The notes under the pieces are model-generated. The model ran no database searches, was not told where the DNA came from, and saw nothing but the letters and a program-made list of their open reading frames with translations. A stretch of DNA of 64,000 bases from the NCBI GenBank assembly GCA_951406725.2, contig OX597814.1, forward strand, positions 180,668,001 to 180,732,000, read 5' to 3'. The translations under genes and the position numbers were made by a program. Shown here one piece after another: positions 13,629 to 26,839 of this stretch; position 1 is the first letter of the stretch, and every line of letters starts with the position of its first letter. Source of the stretch: Octopus vulgaris (taxonomy: Eukaryota).

Positions 13629-14028
13629 GACGGCGAACTGGTAGAAACGTTTGCCCGCCGGGCGAAATGCTTAGCGGTATTTCGTCTGCCGTTACGTTCT
13701 GAGTTCAAATTCCGCCGAGGTCGACTTTGTCTTCCATCCTTTCGGGGTTGATAAATTAAATACCAGTTACGAACTGGGTCGATATAATCGACTTAATCCG
13801 TTTGTCTGTCCTTGTTTGTCCTCTCTGTGTTTAGTCCCTCGTGGGTAGTAAAGAAATAGGTATTTCGTCTGCTTTTACGTTCTGAGTTTAAACTCCGCCG
13901 AGGTCGACTTTGCCTTTCATCCTTTCGGGGTCGATAAATTAAATACCAGTTGCGTAATGGGATCGATCTAATTAACTGGCCCCCGCTCCCCAAAAATTTT
14001 GGGCCTTATGTCTAGAGTAGAAAAGAAT
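13629..14028 (+). mobile_element. SINE family A dimer with a 15-bp TSD
   Basis: tRNA-like head (ggcgaactggtagaaacgtt...gagttcaaattcc) and two tandem bodies. aatatttgtggagtt occurs at 13611-13625 and 14026-14040. Confidence 0.85.
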
Positions 14029-14838
14029 ATTTGTGGAGTTGAAAATCCTACTATTATACCCATGCATATAATTGTTATGTTCAGGCATCACTCAAATTGT
14101 TAGCATCATTTATTATTTTATTTTATGATGGCAACGAGCTCGCAGTGATAAGAAACTCTCAAGGGAGAAACCCACCTCAAGCAAGTCTTCGGCCCTTACC
14201 TACTTATACTGTAAAGGGGCTGGGCCCCATCCAGTTCACAATTTCTGGATGCCCTTCCGCTGATACGTTAGGTCATTTGGATATGGGAGACTTGTGCATT
14301 TAAACCATCTGGAGATTTCATCAAGTTGTAACTTCTCTCCATTCACTCAGATTTCAAGTTTATACTTAACAAGGCAACTAACTTATAGAATCATTAGCAC
14401 GCCGGACAAAATGCGTAGCATCATTCGGTCCGTCTTTACGTTCTCAGTTCAAATGCCGTCGAGGTTGATTTTACCTTTCATCCTTTCGGTGTCGATAAAA
14501 TAAGTACTAGCCGCACACTGATGTCGATGTAATCGACTAGCCCTATCCTCTAAAATTTCAGGCCTTGTGCCTATAATACATATCTATACCCAGGCCTATT
14601 CCCTGCTTTTCTTCTTTTAGGAGGAGATAACCACAGCAAGACACACACCAGGCATTCCATTCATTTCCCAGTCCAAAGGGGCGAGCTCCGTTCTATGCTC
14701 GGATCAAAGCATAGAACACAGTATCAGCAGCGGGGCCCGACAGCGTATGCTGGTTTACCCCCGCCGCATGATGCTGGTTCTGTACCCCTTTGAGCAACAT
14801 CAAAATTCTCTCATCTGTCCACAAACACTCTGAGGGCT

Positions 14839-15130
14839 ATGGTTGGTGTGACACGGATGGACAGGATGAAGAATGAGGAGGTGCAAAGGCGAGCAGGAAA
14901 GAGAGAAAAACTAGCAACCAAAATGGATAGACGAATGTTGAAGTGGTTTGGCCACATGCAGAGGATGGATGAGGAGCGGATGGTAAGGAGGATGTTAGAG
15001 GCAGAAGTGGTAGGCAGCAGAACCAGAAGCAGATCTCGGTTTATGTGGATGGATGGAGTGAGGAAAGCTTTGGTAGTCAGAGGTGTTGGAGTGAGAGAGG
15101 CAAGAGAGTATATAAATGATAGGAAAGCCT
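14839..15130 (+). mobile_element. RTE-clade LINE 3' ORF2 fragment
   Basis: GVTRMDRMKNEEVQRR...LKWFGHMQRMDEERMVRRM...GSRTRSRSRFMWMDGV. Confidence 0.85.
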
Positions 15131-15447
15131 ATAGTAGAAAGAATTTTTTTTTTTTTTTCGTTTATTAAGGCAGCGGACACACAGAAACGTTAGCACGCAA
15201 GACAAAATACTTAGAGGTATTTCTTCAGATTTTACGCTGTGAGTTCAAATGCTACCAAGTTCGACCTTGTCTTTCATCCTGTCGGAGTTGATAAAATATA
15301 TAAGTACCAGTTGCGAACTGGAGCAAATGTAATCGACACACCCACTTCAATAAATTTGAAACTACTATTTTATTTATTCATGTATCATTTACTGCTTTTG
15401 TTCTACAAAACATGTATTATTCTTTTCCATTAACATATTATTCTCGC

Positions 15448-15519
<72 letters not shown>

Positions 15520-15830
15520 ATATTATATTATATATTGATATATATGTGGATTATGTATTTGTAATATTAAATTGAAGTTAATTAGGTATTATATTATTTG
15601 ATATTTAGTCAATTTTGTTATAAATTGTTATATTAAATCTATAGATACTACACATGTATATTTATTATATGGTTAGCTTATGTAAGGAGTTTGTCTATAT
15701 TTGAAACATTTCTTATTTTGATTACAATTTAATGACTTGTAATAGCTTTGTGTATTTTATTTAATTTTAAATTATTTAATTATTGAAGTATTATTTTATT
15801 TTTCACTTATGTATATTTAGAATTTTCATA

Positions 15831-15869
<39 letters not shown>

Positions 15870-16058
15870 GTATATGTATATGTATAGCAGCAAAACACGT
15901 GTCGTTTTTCAACCTATTATTATTTTTGTAATTTACTTAATTTTTACTTTTGAATTGTTATTTTGATTTTAACTTTTCTATATGTAATTTTCTAGATGGT
16001 GTAATTTAATTATTCATTTTGAATTGATAAAAGGTGGTTTTTTTCTAATATTTTTTCG

Positions 16059-16102
<44 letters not shown>

Positions 16103-16105
<3 letters not shown>

Positions 16106-16297
16106 TGGTTATATAGTCCTTATGCAGAGTTTGACCACCTCCTGTACCTACACCTTAGCACCATCATGGCGTCTGATGTGGGTTTTTAAGCCAGACAATG
16201 TTCTGAAAAGACACCCACGTAGATTGCACATCCGGTTTAGACCAGCAAGAGCTGCAGATAAGTTTCTGGCATACACTGCATTCAAAGGTGTGCACAG

Positions 16298-16298
<1 letters not shown>
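16103..16298 (-). mobile_element. LINE 3' end with decayed C2H2-like motifs (RTE-type), between (TA)n tracts
   Basis: FECSVCQK... and MCNLRGCLFRTLSGLKTHIRRH followed by a short 3' UTR. Confidence 0.55.
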
Positions 16299-16379
<81 letters not shown>

Positions 16380-17090
16380 AAGCATTGGTTATAAAACAAA
16401 CGTTAAATTTGGGTCAACGACTTTACATACAATACCACACCTCAAACATTTACTCATACATAAAATCACAGCAGGTAAAAGTATATAATCGAATAGAATA
16501 CAAATAGAACGGCCTATCAAAAATGTTAAATATAAACGGCTAAAAAATTCAAAAACTACCAAAAAGACATAATAGACAAATATAAAATAAGTAAAGGTAA
16601 AAATAAATTGAAGTAAAATAAATATCCACCCACTAAAAATGTTTTATCAGACGATTAAGATATTCCTTTAAAGATTTTAAAACAATTTTTTTTTTAATAT
16701 TTAAAAAATATTTGAAAAGGTCTTTTACTTCCCTCATACAAGTACGTCCAAAGTTCATAAGTAAAAGGTAATTCCTTTTTGCAACCATAGGTTTTCGTCC
16801 ATCTTTTTGAAAGTGTATAGAAATAAAAGTAGATATAATAAATTTGTTTAGCATTACGGAGATTGAAACCGCCGAGGTTGGATTTCTGTTAACTTCAACC
16901 ACCTAAAAGTTTAGCAATAGACTTTTTTTTTTAAAATTTAGACTAGTCCGTTGATGGCTTTTTCTTTTAAATTATATAAGCTTTTCATAAAAGTATAAGC
17001 TTTTCTTTTAAAATTTTTGATCTATTCATGTCTCCTGTTTCGCGTTTTTTGGTCTGTGTAAGTTGAATGGTTTAAGATTGTATTTGTTTT

Positions 17091-17693
17091 GTGGAATTGT
17101 TTGGATTTTCGCTGTTCGCAGCAGTGATGTTTTTTGAGAAATGGCAAAGAGGAAACAGGTATTCTGACCTCAGTGAGTTGGATCTGCCGACTTCGGAGGA
17201 GGAACTGGCGAGAGTGGTCAATAGAATGGATATGGTGATAGAAGGAAGAATGAATTACGCAGGAGCAATGAAGCCAACAAGTAAAGAAGTTAACCTTGCT
17301 AAGCTACTGGATGGCCAAAAATTGGTGAAAAAGGTAGGCGGTGACGTGGAATTGTCTCCACCAAGGAAAACGATAAAGGATTTTGAAAGGAAAATCATAA
17401 CATACAAAGTGTTTGCGACAGAAAAAAGGAAAATAGATTTAGTTGGAATGGAAACCGTGGAGGAGGCATTGCGGACAACAACAGAAAAAGTAATATTCCT
17501 GACAAGAAGGAATAAGTATGGTACTGTTGTAGTGCAGTTCGAGTCGGAGGCAGTCGCTAGGAGGATGGCAGCAAGGACTATCAAAACAGAAAAAGTAGTC
17601 CTTCTGCCCTCGTATCTTGGCAGGAAGACGTCCAGGATCAGGGTGGAAGGAATCCCACCAGACATAGAAGCAGTTGAGACCTACGTAATCTAG
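17091..17693 (+). pseudogene. L1/Tx1-like LINE ORF1 N-terminal (RRM-like) fragment, 3'-truncated
   Basis: Open 200-aa non-repetitive ORF. KYGTVVVQFESEAVARRMAARTIKTEKVVLLPSYLGRKTSRIRVEGIPPDI resembles the RRM region of Tx1-type ORF1p. Family assigned by recognition only. Confidence 0.6.
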
Positions 17694-17699
17694 AGAGCA

Positions 17700-17753
17700 T
17701 CTTAAAATTTCATTAGTTTCTTTAACCCGGGCAACGCCGGGTATTTCTGCTAG
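17700..17753 (+). mobile_element. Helitron 3' terminus
   Basis: Hairpin cccgggcaacgccggg, an 8-nt spacer, then CTAG|T. Confidence 0.7.
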
Positions 17754-17759
17754 TGCATT

Positions 17760-18995
17760 CAGAGGTTGGAAAAAAAACATGGAAACACCTTAAGATTTCA
17801 AACAAATTTATTTTAATATGGGGTAGGACTGCCTTTGGCAGTAATTACAGCTTGAATTCTATGAAGTATGAACTCATACAAAGTTTGGATTGTTTCCAAA
17901 GGAATTTTTGTCCATTCTTCAGCTAAAACAGTCTCCAGTTCTAATAATGGTGGAGGATATCGACTCCTTACTTGTTTTTCTAAAATGCACCATAAATGTT
18001 CAACAATATTGAGATCTGGGGATTGTGGTGGCCAGATAAGATTTCAACTTCGCTAGAATGTTCCTCGTGCCATTCAGTAACAAATTTTGCTGTGTGAATT
18101 GGTGCATTATCATCCGGAAAGATTGCGTTTCCCTCCGGAAACAGTTCTCCAACCATAGGATGAATTTCATCAGATAAAATGTATATATAGTCTTGACTAT
18201 TAATTCTGTCATGAAGGGAAACCATTGGGCCGGCTGATTTCCAAGATATAGCCCCCCACCTACCCAGATCATCACAAATCCTCCTCCATGTTTAACAGTT
18301 GGAAGAAGGCAGTCTGGGTCAAATGCTTCTTTTTGCTGTTTCCACAAATATACTCAGCCGGTGGTCGGAAATAAGGTAACGGATGACTCGTCCGAGAAAA
18401 TAACATTCTTCCACTGCTCTAGGGACAAATTATGTAGGTTTTTATTCCACTGTATGCAAAGTTTGTTTTTGAAAGCAGTTGTTTTCTGATTGCAGCCCTC
18501 CCGTGAAATCCGGCTTTGTGCAGCTCCCGGTGAACAGTTTTTGTGGGAACAGGGTTCTCGAGATGGTAGTTAAGCTCTGCAGTAATTTGGGGAGCTGTAC
18601 TTTTGTGATCCTTTCTAACAATTTGCGTAAAAGTTCGACGGTCCCTGTCTGAAAGTTTTGGTTTTCTTCCAGGGTTTTGTTTCGACGAGGAGGTTTTTCC
18701 CTCTTTCTCAAAGGCTGTCAATACTTTCGAGACAGTGCTTCTTGATACACCAAACATTTCGGGTGTTTTCGTAACGCTAGCGCCTGCTACACGAGCACCA
18801 ACAATTTCACCTCTTTGAAAGTCCGATAGATCTATCATTTTAATGAATTTTAATTACCTTTTTCTGAGGATATCTGAAACGAAACAGCAATTTTAGCAAA
18901 ACATGTTAAGCAACACTAATAATAAATCAAAAAACATTAAAATAACCAAGCCTTTGATGGTTTTATACATATTTCAAAATTATGATGTCCAACGC

Positions 18996-18998
<3 letters not shown>
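17760..18998 (-). mobile_element. Decayed Tc1-like transposon
   Basis: Frameshifted transposase MIDLSDFQRGEIVGAR...GRKPKLSDRDRR; FSDESS; PTVKHGGGFVMIW; FPDDNAPIH. TIR remnants cagaggttgga / tccaacgcctg. Confidence 0.9.
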
Positions 18999-19044
<46 letters not shown>

Positions 19045-19045
<1 letters not shown>

Positions 19046-19247
19046 TTTATTTTAAGCAGCAGAAAATTCAACAAAATCTGTTACTCTGAGTTTCTCGTTG
19101 CCGTTCATCAGACAGAACGGCAACGAGAAACTCAGAGTAACAGATTTTGTTGAATTTTCTGCTGCTTAAAATAAAGCATATTACTCTACCACTGGTATTT
19201 GAGTACTCTTTTTTCCACCTTGTTTCACATTTATGTGTTTACACGGT
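19045..19247. mobile_element. (TA)n-embedded foldback insert (putative Penelope-like pLTR remnant)
   Basis: Perfect 62-bp inverted arms at 19045-19106 and 19115-19176, a ~70 bp tail, (TA)n on both sides, and a hammerhead motif. Confidence 0.7.
19078..19115 (-). ncRNA. Minimal type-I hammerhead ribozyme motif
   Basis: CUGU CUGAUGA A CG GCAA CG A GAAA CUC A GAG UA ACAG. Confidence 0.7.
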
Positions 19248-19264
19248 ATATATATATATATATA

Positions 19265-19648
19265 CTAGCAGTATCGCCCGGCGTTGCTCAGGTTTGTAAG
19301 GGAAATAACTATAAAGCATCTTTAGATATAGCCAAAAAATAGCAAAAAAATGGGAAAAAATTATTGGTAAATTGTTTTTTGAGAGTAAAAAAAGGTTGAG
19401 TTGCGTCCCCTAGACAGTCTGTGGTTTGTTTTTTTTTATTCTCGACCCCATGTCGAATTTATCGATTTTTTTTCAGAACTGGGGGAACTTTTCAAAATTT
19501 TCGCTGCGTTAGTTTTGAATTATGACATTGGGCTATGCGTGTGTCAAGTTTCATCAGAATCGGTTGAAAGCCGTGGTCAGGGTGAGGGTACGAGAAAACA
19601 GACACACAGAAACACGCACAGACAAACTGCCGTTTATATATAGAGAGA
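19265..19648 (-). mobile_element. Non-autonomous Helitron
   Basis: On the - strand: 5' A|TC and 3' hairpin cctgagcaacgccgggcgatactg CTAG|T. Termini are shared with the elements at 52567 and 61595. Confidence 0.8.
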
Positions 19649-19927
19649 TATATATTTACTGTTCCGTTATATACATATACACAGATACTCTCTCTATCTC
19701 TCTCCCCCCCTCTCTCTCCCTCTCTCTCTCTGTCACACACACACACGCACATGAAAAGCTCTGTGTCACTATATTCATATAAAATGTCAGAAAAAAAATG
19801 AAGAGTTAAAACGAGTATTTATATTGTATATGAACCCGAAACCAAATAGTTCCAAAGCAAGCTTTTTAACCACAGTCATGCGTATCTCTCTCCCACTTCT
19901 TTTCTCTTCTCTCTTTCTCTCTCTCTC

Positions 19928-20003
<76 letters not shown>

Positions 20004-20043
20004 CGAATGTGTATGTATATTTGTATGTATGTATATGTACGTA

Positions 20044-20157
<114 letters not shown>

Positions 20158-20954
20158 TTGTATGCATGTATATTCACACTTGTATGAACATATAGAGGGA
20201 AAGGACAACAAATAAACAAGGATACGCAAGCAGTTTCAATGTATATCCTACACGTGCATCTCATACGAGGAAAGATTAATAAGACTGACAAACTTATCTT
20301 AATCTTACTATTTGATAACGTGTTTCTTGAATGTTCAACTTTTGTTAACCATTAATATTTTCTTACAAACAGCTGCACAAAGGCTCATCTTCTACACATT
20401 GTACACACAGATCAGAGACTGGAACATGACTAAGACGCTACTTTATCAATTATTACAACTTCTGTGTTCCTAGAACGCACGTATTGCGAGATGTTCGCTT
20501 GTTTCCTCATTGTTTGCCTTTAGTGTTCTTGTTCATTGCCTTATTTATCCATTCGTTTGTTTCTATGTACTTTCTACTTTTCCTCCAAAAATCGTTAATG
20601 CTAGGTAAGACATAGAAATGTATTCTTAATTCGTTTTATACTTTGCTGCTTTTTTTCTTTTCTTATTTTTTCAATCAAGTTCTAGTTTCTTTTAGAAGCT
20701 TTCGATAACCAACTCCTTTTACTGTTAACATAATTCTTCGAGCGGTCATGCCAAAATGCTTCAGTAGTCATTATCACATTGGTTTCACTTTCATTTTTCT
20801 CTTAACATCTAGGAGACTTTCTAAGAAACTCTAAGAACAAAGGATATCTGCCACTACTTGTTGCTGTGGCTCATCAGCTAAAACATTGGAACCAGCGAAT
20901 TCAGTACTTATATTTTGAAACGAATATTTTTCTAAGATTCTTAAGATATAGGTG

Positions 20955-21311
20955 CAAGAGCGGCTGTGTGGTAAGTAGCTTGCTTACCAACCACATGGTT
21001 CCGGATTCAGTCCCACTGCGTGGCACCTTAGGCAAGTGTCTTCTATAGCATCGGGCCGACCAAAGCCTTCTGAGTGGATTTGGTAGACAGAAACTGAAAG
21101 AAGCCCGTCGTATATATGTATATATGTGTGTCTGTGTTTGTCCCACCAACATCGCTTGACAACCAATGCTGGCGTGTTTATGTCCCCGTAACTTAGCGGT
21201 TCGGCAAAAGAAACCGATAGAATAAGTCCTGGGGTCGATTTGCTCGACTAAAGGTGGTGCTCCAGCATGGCCACAGTCAAGTGACTGAAACAAGTAAAAG
21301 AGTAAAAGAGT
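20955..21311 (+). mobile_element. SINE family B (tRNA-like head, CORE-like motif, internal microsatellite, gtaaaaga tail)
   Basis: ggctgtgtggtaagtagc...ggattcagtccc; tggcaccttaggcaagtgtc resembles the MIR/CORE motif; tail agtaaaagagtaaaagagt. Confidence 0.85.
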
Positions 21312-21339
21312 ACCTATTATAATCTATAATAGGGATTGC

Positions 21340-23776
21340 TCTAGTTTTCATTCCTCCTTTTCTATTTCCCAATCTTTGTTTTGGGATAATTTTGCCATTT
21401 ATTCTCAAGACAATGCAATACATTCACAAATGTCGACATTTCCTTTCTTTGTCATCCTTGACAACTAATCCGACCGATTATCCATGTTCTCCTTGTTTGT
21501 GTATATTTGCATATCCCAAGGTCACTTTGTCATTATCTTTGTCCTATTCAGGTATATGTTCATCGTTTCTGTTAGTGTTTCGTAACGATGGCATTCCTAT
21601 TCATGTAAGAAAATCCGACTCCTATAGTCTGTTCCCTCTTGGCAGTCAGAAACAATATGTTAATTGTTTCCTCTCAACTGCCATTATATTCTGTAGTTAC
21701 ATCATTTTAATTATGTTTAGCGGGGAGCGCTCCTATGCTGCTATCAAGGCTCTTTCAGTCTAAACTTTGAATCCTGAGCTTCTCAGGGACTTCTCATTGT
21801 CGACTTCAATCTTATTTTCTTTTTTAAGATGTTAGCCCTTTAGTATAAAAGTTAGTTCTTACCATAGCTATAATGTGGCGGACTGCAGCACAATTTTTAG
21901 TTTCGTCTTTAGCCTTATCCCAATTTCAATTGTTATTTCATTTCTCTTCTTACAGGTTTTTATCTTCAGCCTCTGTTGACTTTCTTTACAGTCAGAAGAC
22001 ATATTTATATATTTTGAATTAATTTTCGGGTTTTGTTTGTTTTTGTGGAGGTTTTTTTACTAGATAATTTTGTGTAGTCCTACGAGAGATATTTTATAAT
22101 ATCCTTAACTCTTTGCATTTGCAGTAAATATAATCTTTATATACCAGATTTTGAATAATATATTATAAAAAGCGATCAGTTTTTCTTGTTTTTCTGTCCA
22201 ATCATATGATCCATTTAGTGCTCAGTTGCAAATAGTATCCAGTTATCTTGTTATCTAATTTGTTTTATTGTTTCCTTAAGCTCTATTTTAAATATTAATC
22301 TAATGTGTCTGTAATATTCTTTTCTAACCTTTTCTTTCATTTGCATGCACTATACTCTGTGTAGTTCATTGATTCCTAAGCATTTGTAAATTTCTGTTGG
22401 TCGCATTCTTTTATCTCTATTCATGTTGCTAGTGTTCGTAATTAATTTTCTTCATTACAATGTTGCTATGTGCAAATTTTCCAAATCGAGTTTTATATCA
22501 GTTCGTTTGGTAAATCCGTCTGCTATCTGTAATAATGTTAGCAGTTGTTTATCACTCGCAGCGAGTGACTTGAGATTGTTCATTGTCCTCCCACAGCTTT
22601 TGTATATAAAAGATTGTTGATTGTCCTCCCACAGTTTTTGTAGCCAAGTCTATCCAGAATACATAGACGACACCAAAAGTAATGAAGTTGTGCAAATTGC
22701 CCATGTTGGTAGAGAAACTGTTCCTCTATAGTGACTTTTCTTTCTGTTCTTCTCCAGAGCAGGCAAATAATGGGTTCCAAGTAGAAGCAACGCACCGTTA
22801 TTAAATCGTTGACGAAGAAGAGGTATAAGATACCCGACAGCTACAGAAGGATGTATGTTGTTTACAGAGATGACACTGTCTACTAGGGCAATGTGCACAG
22901 ATTAATGGAGGGGCTTAAAGAGGGGAAAGACAGCAGTTAACATAAATCACGGAGTGGGGAAACCATTAACTGCCAAAATTGAAACGAATGGTCAGTAAGT
23001 GCGCTAGCTGAATCGCGCAGATAAACGACTCATAATATGTGAGCTTGTTACACCGCTGAATTGTAATCACAATGCATTGGAGATGTGGGTGAAAGACACT
23101 GGGTGTCATAAAATATGCGGAAAGTGAGCAGCTCAAGAAAAATGGAAATTTGTCCATAACTGCTGGAAGCTTTTGATGCCAATGAAGACACGATTTGTTC
23201 GGTCTGATGACAAGGGATGAAATGTGAACATAACTTTATGATCCAGAGACGAAGGCATTTAAGAACTACTGATCAACACTTAAAGTCACGATGGCTGCTT
23301 TTTGGATGGAAAGAACATGATTCTCCTTGATTTTCTAGAACATGGGTATACTGTGAACTGCGAGCAGTACGTTGAGACACTCGGAAGGTTTATAGAAACC
23401 CTTCGTAGGAAGAGATTGGAGAGGAATCTGAAAACACTCACGTATACCATGACAATACGCGACCACATACATTTTGGGCAACAAATCAAACTATCGGCAA
23501 ATTGCTCCCATCCCCACCCCGTCCACTGACGCCCTTCGACCTACACCTATTCGGTCCAACGAAAGACAGTTTTCAAGAACAACGATTTTATGACAGACAA
23601 AATGGAAGTGGTTGTAAAGATGATACAACAGTGCACACCTGAAGAGGATTCGATAGTTGAGCTCTATAATGGAGTAAATGCATTGTGATAGAGACAATGT
23701 ATTTTATAACTTTATTCAGAGATAGATTTACTTTTGCACTCACTTTTGCATTACTTTCAGTAGAACCCTCAGAGAA

Positions 23777-23815
<39 letters not shown>

Positions 23816-24560
23816 GACAGACAGACAGACAAACAGACATACAGACAGACAGACAGAGAGTCAGAGGCAGACAGACAGAGCCATGATGTATTGGATATAA
23901 CTACTTATCATTGGTGATAACTTATTCATACTTAATGTTTCTCTAATCCGCATGAAGATAATACTATCAAAAGCCTTTTGATAGTTGTAGTCAATTATGA
24001 TCAAGCCCTTCTACGACTACGTTGATCAGTAAGTCAACTTTACAACCTTATAAGCTTTTAGAGCATTCCGTCTGCTCTTTCGGATACAAATTATTTTATT
24101 TCTCGATGTATTTTTAACCCCTACAATACTATTGCAGTAATAAGCTTAGCCAGCTATCGCAAGATAGGTTATGGCTCTGTAGCGTTTACAGATTGCCGTT
24201 CTTTTAGTCTTGGAGATTAAAATGGTTTTCTGCCTCAGTTTTCTTTTTTCTTTTTTTCTTTTTTATTTTTCGTCTGGCTTTTTCAGTATCTTATGAAGCA
24301 TCTCAACCAGTATCAGATATTTTAAGCAAAAGATTAGAAGTTCTATCATACCCTAGTGCCTTAAAGTTTGTTTATTTTTGAGGAGTCTGGGCTACTCTTT
24401 GCATTATTAAAGCCTCCACGATAAATCATGTACCGCGAGCGTTGTTTTGAAAAACTCATCTGAGATGTTTTAATCGATTCCTAACCGCCACCCTCAACAT
24501 TTCTTGCTGCTGGTGTTGCATTGATTTCTATCTTATTTTAACCTAGTTCTTCAAAAAATT
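21340..24560 (-). mobile_element. Heavily decayed R4/Dong-like (RLE-type) LINE, interrupted by a mariner relic
   Basis: Minus-strand remnants in the expected order: YQKAFDS (~23970), MNNLKSLAASDKQL for MDDLKLYA (~22570), YKCLGI, TERALIAA for ETEGLIIAA, and NRSD for NRPD. Confidence 0.6.
22960..23770 (+). mobile_element. Mariner relic
   Basis: MILLDFLEHGYTVNCEQYVETLGRFIETLRRKR...YHDNTRPH. TIR-like end gcattactttcagtagaaccctc. Confidence 0.65.
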
Positions 24561-25894
24561 GTTTGGAGTTCCTCTTTTAGCTTTTACTTGTTTTAAACAT
24601 GCTGGAGTGCTTCCCTATTGAGTCAGTTGAACAACTTGGTCCCAGTACTTATTTTAAGCTTGGTGCTTATCTGATCGGTATTTTTGCCGAACCACAAACT
24701 GACAACATCTTCCGTGTTGCGTGTCTTTGATTTCATCTACTCTTATTTGTGTTGCAGATATAATCCCGAAGCAATTCTCCCTCCGGTTTTTTTTTCCACT
24801 TGTCTCTTTACGTATTGGTTTCATAAAAGATTGCGAGATCTTTTATTATATTTTATTTTTATGTATGCTTCTTTCCTAAATTGTTTTCTTGAGTTTTGAT
24901 ATTCCTAATAGCAATAACAGATCCAGGGAGGAAATCACGCATCTATGATCCAATTAGTTGATGATGTTAATTGGTCCTCAAAAATCCTTAATTGAGTAGG
25001 TACGCGTTCAAAGACATACCAAATATCTAAATGAGATGCAACCACAAAATTCTCCATCTTTTATTTTCTGCATTTTCCGTCTAAAGGTTCAAGAAACAAT
25101 CTACTCTGTAATTGAGCTTTTTAAAAGTTGCTGAATATTGTTAAAAGCAGAATCCGGATACCGAATGAGCACATTGTATGTGAAATCCTCATTGCCTTGC
25201 CAAAATATTCTTGCAAAGAAAAGTTCAAGTGAAGAAACAGATATCGGAAGAGAAAAACATTTGGAAGGTAGTGTCAGAGAATTGGCACTTTGGTAATTCT
25301 TCAGCTCTCAAAGTCGAAGTAAAACTCTAAAGAGAAAATAGTTGAGAATTCTGGTCTAGTGCTTGTTGTTGTTGTTTAGACCAAGGAAAGCACTGATCAA
25401 GCAGATTTATGATCAAGGGTGTTGCAGCCGAATTATCTCGTCTTTGTCTTTGGACATAACGCCTCCAGATGAGCATTATCCAATGTGTCATTTCTTCATT
25501 AAGACGGTAGATTTGGACTAGAAGACTTGATTGTTATGTTTAGCAGGTCGAGTGACTAAGCAGAAGCCCTCGCGGTGAAGCGGTTTCCACTGGTATCATA
25601 ACAACTATAGAGCTGTTTAGTGAGGAACTCATTACTCTTTTGTGTGTTTTTGCGTAAGCATTTAGATTTTAAGCCGATGTATTCAAAATAGTATATATGG
25701 CGACATATATATATTCATCTTCACGTATAGGAAATAACTTTAGACATTTTATTCTTATTTGGGGTCCTCGCTGAAAATATTATCTGACCAAACTTGTTGA
25801 AGCTATTGAATGAGGTGTATACAGAATTAAAGATAAGTTGGTGTAGGCAGGTTAACAGATCAACTGATGAGCATAAAAATTTGTATAGATAATA

Positions 25895-26157
<263 letters not shown>

Positions 26158-26758
26158 GTTTCTTTATTGGCCACACAGGGCTGCACACAGATGGGACAAG
26201 TTACAAGGTAGAGCTTTTTCTTTTGGGGGAGAAAAAAAAAGGTGGCGTAGGTTTTCGATCAAAAGGGATCGTAAAAGGGAAAAAAAAGAACAAAAAAAGG
26301 AAAAAAAGAAAAAAGGAAAAGAAAAAAAAGAAAAAAAGGAAAAGAAAAAAAAGAAAAAAGGGAAAAAAAGAAAAAAAAAGAAAAATGAAAAGAGAAGAAA
26401 AAAGAGGGAAAAAGGGGGAGAGGAAAAAAAAACAAAAAAAAAACGATCAATAGGGATCGTGTATCACAGTGTCATGACGTATGGTTTAAAGGGGAAAGCA
26501 AGTAAGGTTTATCCGTGGGAAGAAAAGCCTACGAAAAAGACCACGGTAACCTTGGTCAATATTGTTATATGTTATCACATTTGTTTGCAAGTGGGTAACC
26601 CTCTGTTTTCAATTTCTGGGTTCATAGGATTATGCTCAAGGTGGCTTCGTCATTCATGCGTGCCATCCTTGCTACATTCACCCATCTTTTTTTAAAACGT
26701 TCGCTAGACAAAACTTGCCTCTCTACTCTCACTTTACTTTTCAAGTGGTACTTGAAGA

Positions 26759-26759
<1 letters not shown>
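26158..26759 (-). mobile_element. 5'-truncated L1/Tx1-like LINE inserted in (TCTA)n
   Basis: Open C-terminal frame 26759->26622: FFKYHLKSKVRVERQVLSSERFKKRWVNVARMARMNDEATLSIIL*. U-rich 3' UTR, AATAAA at 26163-26168 (-), and (TCTA)n on both sides. Confidence 0.7.

Positions 26760-26839
<80 letters not shown>

Noticed and set aside
15885-15906. caaaacacgtgtc, resembling a hammerhead GAAA/stem III next to (TA)n
   Set aside because: No CUGANGA box or stem I identifiable.
26223-26453. Lys-rich 76-aa ORF
   Set aside because: It is the antisense of the U-rich 3' UTR of the LINE at 26158-26759.
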